From Fibrobacteria bacterium (GTDB taxonomy: Bacteria > Fibrobacterota > Chitinivibrionia > Chitinivibrionales > FEN-1185), in NCBI GenBank assembly GCA_037447435.1, contig JBBIGR010000003.1, forward strand, positions 64,001 through 128,000: a DNA stretch of 64,000 bases, in the 5' to 3' direction. The notes beneath the pieces were generated by a model. It did no database searches and was not told the origin of the DNA. It saw only the letters and a program-made list of their open reading frames with translations. This document shows, piece after piece, positions 18,664 to 27,000 of the stretch (positions are counted from its first letter, which is position 1; every line of letters starts with the position of its first letter). The position numbers and the translations under genes are program-made.

Positions 18664-21600
18664 ATGCGGAAAACTACTAAATACGGTTTAAACGCATTTG
18701 CCGGATCGATAATGGGGATTTTAATGCTCTGGGGCTTTGTTTCAGCTCAACAAAATTTCCCTGCCACGATTTGGAAACATGTAACATTTTACGATTTTCA
18801 TTCCGATAAATCGAACCCCGAATTCGAACAACCCCACACCGGAGCCGTTCGACTCGGCATGGTCGCCGATACTCTCGATGCACAGAGAAAGCCGCAACTT
18901 GGACCTACGCCGTATAGAAATTACGGAATTTATAAGTGGTTTCGCCCTTGGGTAAAAGGTGATCCGGCAAATAATACAAATCCCAGTTACACGACATTGA
19001 CGGCGCCGTCCGAGTATACCGCAACATTTCAATATAATGGAATGGTTACAACCCCCCTTAATGATACGCCGTTCATAAATGCCGTTGTCAAAGATTCATT
19101 ATTATTCACCCATATCGGCAATGGTGTTTACCAGTATTCAAACCAGAACTTTTTTATGCTCGACGGAAGAGGTTTAGGAAACGACGGACTGGCCCATAAT
19201 TTTTCATTTACCATGGAAATGCATGATACTTTTACGTATGTAAAAGGTTTAACATTTGCATTTGAGGGAGATGATGATGTTTGGGCATTTATTAATAATC
19301 ATCTCGTTATGGATTTGGGCGGAATTCACCAGGCTGCAACCGGGCAATTTAGCATCGATGCGATAGCTCCCCAGTTAGGGCTCGTTGCAGGAAACAGATA
19401 CCCTTTTGATTTGTTTTATGCTGAACGTCACTCGACCGCCTCAGACATTAAAATCACGACAAATTTGATCAATCCTCAAATTAAAAATCTGACATTAGTT
19501 GCCGTTCCTCCCAGAGACACTATTGCGGCCGGTGATTCGGTCGTATATTTCGGCAAAATTTATGATGATACCGGTACGGGCGGCGAACGAAAAGAATTTG
19601 AAGGTCAGATCTCTTGGAGTTTACAACCTGCAACATCGGCGACAATATTGAGTTCGCTCAAAATACCTCCGGGTACTACCACTAATTCCAATACTTTCTA
19701 TGGAAGAACGGCCTACCAATCCTATATAATCACGGCCACATTCCCTAATCCTCAAGCACCGGGCAGTATTCTGACCGCTTCTTTGAAAGTGTATGTGAAG
19801 GCTGGAAAAGAATATAAAGCCTACATTGAACCGGATTCGAATATCAATACTAAAGACACAAGCGTAGCAAGTTTACAAAGGCTTAGAACTCCATTGGAGG
19901 TTGCAAGTGTCGTTATGACCGGCACGCAAAACCAAAAAGCTGTTTACGGCGTAGTCCGAGACACTTTTGGCAACTTTGTGAGAATGGCATCCAATGCGGT
20001 ATGGAGCGAAGTCGGAAATGCGGGCATCGCAAGTGCGACAAATGGGAATCCTCCGTTTATCGGCCTTATCAACCGAACCACAAACGGTAACACCACGATT
20101 CGTTTGAACGTAAAAGATTTGGTTACTCAAAAAGACCTGTTGCCGGATGATGTGCCGGTTCAGATTTATGCCGGATATTTTACAAAACTTAAATTCGTTG
20201 ATGCAACGACGGGACAAGACGTCACCTTTATCAGTATGGATACGGACCATGATAAATCCTTAATTCTTAAAGGTATTTTATCCACGGATGTTTCAGGGAC
20301 CAATTGGGTGGATGCATCGGGAGCTTGGTCCATGACTCCGGTTATTCCTGCAGAAATTCCGGTGCCGACTTCGAGTGCCAATTCTTGGCAGTTTAAGCCG
20401 ACCGCTCCGGGGCTTCAGCCTCCGGCCGTCAATATCCTTTCTGCAAAAACGGATTCTGCTTCCGTGAGCATCGATGTCAATATTTTCGTTGCTCCGCCAA
20501 GCAAGGCGACATTCACCGTGATTACTTCACCGGATTCAATCGTAGCCGGACAACCCTTCAAGGCAGTTGTTACCATTTCCAATAAAGACGGTCTTGTCCC
20601 CGGGACATATTGCTTTAAAGCAGATACGGGAGCCGTTTATCAGGACTCACTCGGAAAAGGTACGACAACTGTTGATCCGACAGTCGGTTCTAAAAATGGA
20701 ACTACGGGCGTGATAAACGATGTTCCGAATGCAAATCAAAAAATCGATGAATGCTTTAAAAACGGCGTCGATACGGTGACTTTGACGTTGTATCGCGCAC
20801 CGTATCCGTGCCCGGTTTGTTCGGATACAATGCATCGGCTAACGGTTATTTTAGACACGGTTCACGCCTTGACGGTTCCAATAAAACTTCTTCCCGGACC
20901 GCTTAACAGATTGCAATTGGAAAACGCACAGGGAGTGCATTTGATCGGACCGGATACCATTGCCTATCGTGCACCCGGGTTGACGATATATTCCGTCGGA
21001 TATGATCTTTATGGAAATCGCATCGGAAGAGTGTCCTCCAACTGGGACACCACCGGAAATTTGCATGCGCCGAGCCAGACTAAAAATACTCCGCAGGTAT
21101 TTATCGACGGTCAGAATGTCACGGTCGATGAAATAGGATTCTTAAGAGCAAGGGCTTTACGGAATGCGGCGATCAATGATTCGACCGGCGATAGTTTGAA
21201 ACTGGTCATTGCGGGTCCCGGAACGGTTCTCCAGTCGGCAGTTACCCGTGATTACAACGGTAACGGCTATCTGGACGCTATAGAATTGACCTTTACTTTA
21301 CCGGTAGACGGCATGGTCGGTCCCGGAGCAAATCCCGTATTTACCATTGTTGACACTATCGGAACGACCATTGTCCATTTTGTTGCCGACTCGGTAGTTC
21401 AGGTCGGAGCCGATAAAAAACATTTTACCGTATTTATGAAAGAGGATTCTGCCACGGTTAGGAATGCTCCGCAAACAGCCTGGACTCCTACCGTGTATAT
21501 ATCGGGGCTTGTTAACCCTGAATACGCAACATGTTTGGATGGGGCTGGTCCGGTCATTTGGAGTGTGACCAAAACCATCAATAGCGTTTCCGACCGGACA

Positions 21601-22413
21601 AAAGATGAAGTCCGTGTCGTATTTTCCGAAAAAATCAGCGGTGCAAACGCGAATGTTTTTTCCGCCGCAGGTACCAAGCCGGCACTGGTTTTGTATGTGT
21701 GGGGAATCGATACTACCGGGAAATTCGGCCTTCTGAATACGTTGGGGGACAATACGGTTTCCTCTAACGGTCACGATTCTATAATCATGAAAATCGATGC
21801 GTTTACCTACATCAATGATAGTACCTACAGTTTTAAAATGACCAACAATCTCGACTTGACACAGCATAATTATATGTCGATCGATAGCGCCACCAATAAA
21901 GTGTTCGACAAGTCGAATTTGTTGACAACCGGAGGAAATCCGCCGAACGGGCAAAACAGATTGACTCCTGTTGTGGTTAAAAACGGCGCACCGACGGAAA
22001 TTATTGCAGTACCCAACCCTTCTGCTCCAATTTTTACACACGAAATGCCCGGTACATTCTCTGCTGTTAATAACTTGAAGGCCAGAAATTGGGTATCCAA
22101 CGATGGAGCGGGAACGGTAGTTACCTTTATTATGTCGTGGCCAAAGAGTGCCGACGAATATATTGATTTGCAAGTCAAGGTATATGACGCAATCGGCAAT
22201 GCCGTAAATGATGCCTATACGCGAATTACCTATGATGCAACAAAAACAAATTCTGTTGACAGCTACGACATTTACTGGAACGGTTCGAATGCAAAAGCAA
22301 TGAAGGTGGCTCCCGGCATATATAGAATTGCGGTAACACTCTATTACAACAATGTTAAAACAGGAGTGTCGACCAAGACTAAACTTTGGGGAGTTGCCGG
22401 TATAGCATATTAA
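18664..22413 (+). CDS. Fibro-slime (PA14-like) domain surface protein, paralog A
   Basis: Signal peptide; HNFSFTME...FAFEGDDDVWAFINNHLVMDLGGIH...LFYAERH; beta-rich Ig-like modules; C-terminal PNP...VYDAIGN...WNG...APGIY domain; AGGAGG RBS. Confidence 0.88.
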   Translation: MRKTTKYGLNAFAGSIMGILMLWGFVSAQQNFPATIWKHVTFYDFHSDKSNPEFEQPHTGAVRLGMVADTLDAQRKPQLGPTPYRNYGIYKWFRPWVKGDPANNTNPSYTTLTAPSEYTATFQYNGMVTTPLNDTPFINAVVKDSLLFTHIGNGVYQYSNQNFFMLDGRGLGNDGLAHNFSFTMEMHDTFTYVKGLTFAFEGDDDVWAFINNHLVMDLGGIHQAATGQFSIDAIAPQLGLVAGNRYPFDLFYAERHSTASDIKITTNLINPQIKNLTLVAVPPRDTIAAGDSVVYFGKIYDDTGTGGERKEFEGQISWSLQPATSATILSSLKIPPGTTTNSNTFYGRTAYQSYIITATFPNPQAPGSILTASLKVYVKAGKEYKAYIEPDSNINTKDTSVASLQRLRTPLEVASVVMTGTQNQKAVYGVVRDTFGNFVRMASNAVWSEVGNAGIASATNGNPPFIGLINRTTNGNTTIRLNVKDLVTQKDLLPDDVPVQIYAGYFTKLKFVDATTGQDVTFISMDTDHDKSLILKGILSTDVSGTNWVDASGAWSMTPVIPAEIPVPTSSANSWQFKPTAPGLQPPAVNILSAKTDSASVSIDVNIFVAPPSKATFTVITSPDSIVAGQPFKAVVTISNKDGLVPGTYCFKADTGAVYQDSLGKGTTTVDPTVGSKNGTTGVINDVPNANQKIDECFKNGVDTVTLTLYRAPYPCPVCSDTMHRLTVILDTVHALTVPIKLLPGPLNRLQLENAQGVHLIGPDTIAYRAPGLTIYSVGYDLYGNRIGRVSSNWDTTGNLHAPSQTKNTPQVFIDGQNVTVDEIGFLRARALRNAAINDSTGDSLKLVIAGPGTVLQSAVTRDYNGNGYLDAIELTFTLPVDGMVGPGANPVFTIVDTIGTTIVHFVADSVVQVGADKKHFTVFMKEDSATVRNAPQTAWTPTVYISGLVNPEYATCLDGAGPVIWSVTKTINSVSDRTKDEVRVVFSEKISGANANVFSAAGTKPALVLYVWGIDTTGKFGLLNTLGDNTVSSNGHDSIIMKIDAFTYINDSTYSFKMTNNLDLTQHNYMSIDSATNKVFDKSNLLTTGGNPPNGQNRLTPVVVKNGAPTEIIAVPNPSAPIFTHEMPGTFSAVNNLKARNWVSNDGAGTVVTFIMSWPKSADEYIDLQVKVYDAIGNAVNDAYTRITYDATKTNSVDSYDIYWNGSNAKAMKVAPGIYRIAVTLYYNNVKTGVSTKTKLWGVAGIAY

Positions 22414-22433
22414 TTATTTGTTCGCGTGACTTT

Positions 22434-22473
22434 AAAACCTCCTGGAAGAACATTGCTTTCAGGAGGTTTTTTT
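22434..22473 (+). terminator. Intrinsic terminator after fibro-slime paralog A
   Basis: AAAACCTCCTGGAAG-loop-CTTTCAGGAGGTTTTTTT. Confidence 0.85.
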
Positions 22474-22642
22474 ATTGATACGCCCGTAAAATCCGCGCAA
22501 AAACGGTCCGATTTTTGCAGTTGCTTTCGCTTATAGGATATAGTGCTTTTATCCTTTTAGTCTTGGAGCCTAAAATATTTAGCTGGCCTCCTGTAGGAAA
22601 GTGTTTCAAGGTGCGTTTGGTTTCTTCCGCTTTAAAAGGCTT

Positions 22643-22953
22643 TGTAACAAGAGTCAATTTCCTTGTAACAGCGATAAAAAAAACGCTTCAAAATACCAAA
22701 ATTATGTAACAGAATCTCTTTTTTAGCTTCAGAAAGAAAATTTAATGTAACAGAATTCTTTTTATCTGTAACAATGTCACAATGATTTTATAAAACCTCT
22801 GTCAATTAATTTTTAAACTCGGTTACAAAGATTTTTGAATAAGTTACATATTTTTTATGCACCGTTTCACCTTTTTTTCAGATTGTTTCATAAAAATTCG
22901 TATGTGTCACATTACTTTTAAGCAATGTTAGCCGTCTTTTGCCGGCTGTTTGT
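22643..22953. repeat. Phased array of about 14 short (T)GTWACA-like motifs at 20-21 bp spacing
   Basis: Motif starts at 22643, 22664, 22684, 22705, 22725, 22746, 22767, then 22800, 22821, 22842, 22863, 22884, 22905, 22926 (weak copy at 22947). Confidence 0.7.
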
Positions 22954-23195
22954 TATTTTTCCAACTCGGTCATCTAAGTTTTATAGCCTGCCGGTTCCCT
23001 TCTTTCCCTTTTCGTTTCGCCATGATGGCATGTTAGCCGATTTTTCCATTTTCCGATCCGTCTCAATTGAATGGAAATGGCGTCTTTTAACCGCCCCACC
23101 AACCAGCAAGTATCTCGATATTAATGAGAACAATTTTCTTAATGCTTTGATGGAGTTATCCCATGACTAAAAGGATTACTTTTTCTGATGAGCAT

Positions 23196-23435
23196 CTATC
23201 TTTTGACGATGTGAATGAACATCACGAGATAGTGTTGATCGTAATATTCCGCGCCGCGGATGTTTTCATGGATCAACGGCTTAGGAGATGAAGTCAAGGC
23301 GATATTAATATCCGGCAATGGTTGTTCATCGAGTTTTTTATCGAGTATTATTTTAATGGTCCTGTAGTTGACGGCGTTGTAACGGATTGCTCTTTGACAC
23401 GCCCGTTCGATACGATTTTTTGGGAAGCGCGGCAT
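23196..23435 (-). pseudogene. IS21-family transposase (IstA) C-terminal remnant
   Basis: RIERACQRAI...YRTIKIILDKKLD...HENIRGAEYY matches the characteristic IstA C-terminus. No DDE core or IstB nearby. Confidence 0.75.
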
Positions 23436-23873
23436 ATAGCTGCTTATTTAAATTGCTCCAAGTGAATGGACAAAGAACAAAACCGTTATTCATAATAATT
23501 CCTAGCCGTATTTACCTCTTGCATGACAAAAATTAATGGCAGAAGCACTATTGAGTTGCCAAATCCTATTGTAATGCCCTGATTTTAAATCGATTAAATA
23601 AATCTTTCATAATTATTGAACCTCCACAACCTAAATGGCGACAATAGCCATGGGATACTATCGGTTGTAGAAAATTGAAGATTTTGAAGAAAATAGGTCT
23701 TTAAAGTTTGGGTATTTTGTATTTTATTTTCATAGTGTAGACCTTTACAATATTATTTTTGTTTTTCTATTTTAATTAATAGTGCTGTAGTTTTACTCTG
23801 GCCGGAAGTTTTGAACCGCTGAAATTTTATTAAAAAATAGGGATTTGCGTTTAGTAATTATATGTAATATAAA

Positions 23874-23898
23874 ATATCTACGTTTGTCGCGTAGATAT
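23874..23898. promoter_or_regulatory. Palindromic operator/enhancer candidate
   Basis: ATATCTACG-N7-CGTAGATAT, centred about 64 bp upstream of a sigma54-type GG. Confidence 0.55.
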
Positions 23899-23947
23899 GA
23901 TAACCGTTACAACAATCCGGTTGCGGAGCAACGGATCAAAATATTTT

Positions 23948-23964
23948 TTGGTATTCAATTTGCT
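23948..23964 (+). promoter_or_regulatory. Sigma54-type -24/-12 promoter of fibro-slime paralog B
   Basis: TTGGTATTCAATTTGCT (GG-N10-GC), about 70 bp before the ATG at 24036. Confidence 0.6.
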
Positions 23965-24035
23965 GAATTATTAGTATTTAACTTTGTAAATTAGTTGTCC
24001 GGCTAGGCCGGTTGGATTATACATCGAAAGGGACA

Positions 24036-27000
24036 ATGATGAAAAAGATGTTTGCAGCAGGTTTGATTTTTGTGATGTTTGCAGCAATCGGTATCATGGC
24101 GCAGACTTATCCGGCAACGTTAAATGTACCTGTTACTTTTTTTGATTATCACTCAAATGGCAGTAATCCCGATTTCAACCCGGGGCATTCCGGTGATTGG
24201 TATATTTCCGGTAGACATTATAATATGTTGGCAGATACCCTTGATGCGAACGGATTGCCGACAATTGGAACCTCGGTCAATTTAAATTGGGGAATCAATA
24301 AATGGTTTCAATCCTGGACGCCGGGTGATTTTCGAAAACCGGTATATTATCGTCTTGCTGATGCGCCTAACCCGATCGGAGCATTAAAAAGTGTCACGGC
24401 AAATAGTGGGACTGACACGAATTACAAAAACATAACTATACAGGATAACCTGGTATTTACTTATGTTCCAAATTCTCCGGGGCTTTACACATTTAATGAT
24501 GATGCATTCTTCAGATTAGACAATCGGGGGTTTGGAAATGAACCAACTTGGGTTTATAATTATGGAACCGGCTCAACCGCAGTAGTAAACGACCATAACT
24601 ACTCCTTTGCCATGCATATGCATTGGCCATTTACATATACTCCCGGGCAGAAATTCAATTTCAAGGGCGACGATGATGTTTGGGTATTTCTAAATCACAA
24701 AATGGCATTGGACATTGGCGGAATTCATGAAGCCGTGTCGGATTCTTTCGTTCTTGATGATGCATTTGTAACTGCAAACGGTTTAAATATGGTTGCGGGC
24801 GGACAATACGATTTTGATATGTTCTATTGCGAACGTCAGTCAACGGCATCTCATATTCAAATTACTTCAAATATCGTTACCGCTAAACCCGATACCATAA
24901 AAATGACAGTCCATCCTGATACCAATGTTGTTCCTGCTGGAACCGTCATTAAATATATTGCGCATGTAGAAAAAACCGGCGGATTGTTTTGTGACCAATG
25001 CAGCAAAAATGTGAAATGGAATCTGTCTCCAAATACGACAAGAAGTTATTTGACGCCGGCAAGCCCCACGCGAGGAGATACCGGAACATTTTATGCGATT
25101 GATGCATACCAGAAATATATAATTACCGCGACTTATGATTCAATCATCCAGCAAACAGGTTATTATGATACCGTCCATATCAAATTCGTCGATACGGTTA
25201 TGGTAGTTCCGGGCCCTGCCACCCATTTGAATATAGAACAGAACTCGGATAGCATGGTTAGTTTACGAAGTGATAACCGGCTTGGCGCTCTGACAATTTC
25301 AAACACGGTTCTAACTCAAAATGTTTACGGCATTCTTCGCGATGCATATGGCAACTGGGTCAGTCACGCAACAAATGATTCTTGGCTGAGCAGAGATACG
25401 ACGGTGGTTACTGCAACTGCTACCGGGCAAACTCAACTCGGAGAGGGCCAAATCAAACGAATTTCTGCTGTTGATGCCAACACGGTTGTGCGTGCATCAA
25501 AAGGTGCTTTTTTCGATACCCTTCAGGTACATGTTTCGACAGTCACATACTCTCAAATACAGATTTATGTCCTTGATGGAGGAATTAAACCTATCGATTC
25601 CTTAGTAATGCGGTCCGACCAGGACTCGACCTTGTTTGCTCGAGGCTTACGGGCCGACGGAAGCGGAATTTGGGATCCATTATCCGTAACCTGGACGTAT
25701 AGTTCCGGGTTAAAATTTGATAACAATCCCGGCCAAGGAAAGTCCTGGACTGTCAGTCCTATCGATACAACGGCACGGGGATACATTTACATTGCGGACA
25801 CATCCAATAGTATTGTTCTTCGGGATTCTGTAAAAGTTCGATTCCTTCCGGGATTACCGAATACCGAGGTTTTATATCCATTAGCGGGAAAGCCGAATAC
25901 GACCGTGCCGGCAAATCCGCCGTTCGCCGCAAATGCGTTTATAAATGTTGTTGCCGGAGATTCATTTCAAATAGTTGCAAAATTATTCGACAAAAACAAC
26001 CTTTGGCTCAGTTCCTATGAACGTGCGGATGCCCCCATTACTTGGTCGATGCAAGAATTGACGGGTAATGCAAATACGGCGACATTGACTCCTGCAAACA
26101 ATCTCGGCTATTTGACAAAGTTCGTGGGTACAAAGGCAGGAACCGTTGTAAAGGTTACCGCCTCGTACCAGGAGAACGGACTAACAGTCACTCCCCAAAG
26201 TTTGACTTTGGTAATTATTCCCGGGCCACCTACGCATTTGGTCGTTGAAAGTGATTCTATTAAATCCAGAAGCCCCAACGCAGACCAACCGCTGCAAACC
26301 GTTACTATCGGCGGGCGCGATACTCTGGCGACGGTATATGCCATCTTACGAGACAAATTCGGCAACTGGGTCGATTTTTCGAAGATAACAACATGGTCTT
26401 CCGCTGATGTGACTCAAGCAACGGTTTTATCCGGTAATGCTTCTGTTGGTCAAGGTCTTATATCGAGGGTGGCAAAATCCGGGCAAACTATAATTACCGC
26501 AAAGGATGTTTCCGGTTTTTCCGGAACGGTTACAGTTAATCTTAGCAGTATCACCTATGATTCACTTCGAATTGTTGTCGGGCCCAATAATGACCTTATA
26601 AGTTCTTTAAATATGCGGACCGATGTCGGCGATACGACGCTCAATGTGCAAGGAAAGCGATCCGATAATGGTCAATGGGAATTTGTCCCGGCCAATTGGG
26701 CGATAAATCCGGCTTTGCGTACGTCGACAGTACCTTCTCAAACTAGTTCCTGGAAATTTACTCCAATAGATACGGGGTCCGGAATAATTGTGGCAAGCAG
26801 ACAGGGAACTTCCGGGATCATAGCGGATACGGTAAAAATCCATTTTATGCCTGGTCTTGCATATAGTCTTGCTTTATATCAAGCGCCCGGCACACCGGGC
26901 GGCGCGAATCAGGCTTTTCAGTCTCCGGGAACGGTATTAATTGATACTGCGGGAAAACCGTTGCCGATTTATGCAAAGGTCTTCGATAGAAACGGCATTT

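Noticed and set aside
22643..22953. CRISPR array interpretation of the phased repeats
   Set aside because: The conserved core is only about 7 bp with a 21-bp period, far below CRISPR repeat+spacer size, and there are no cas genes.
22472..23170. Short ORFs 22472-22657, 22515-22709 and 22925-23170
   Set aside because: Low-complexity translations without RBS or motifs, lying in the repeat/debris region.
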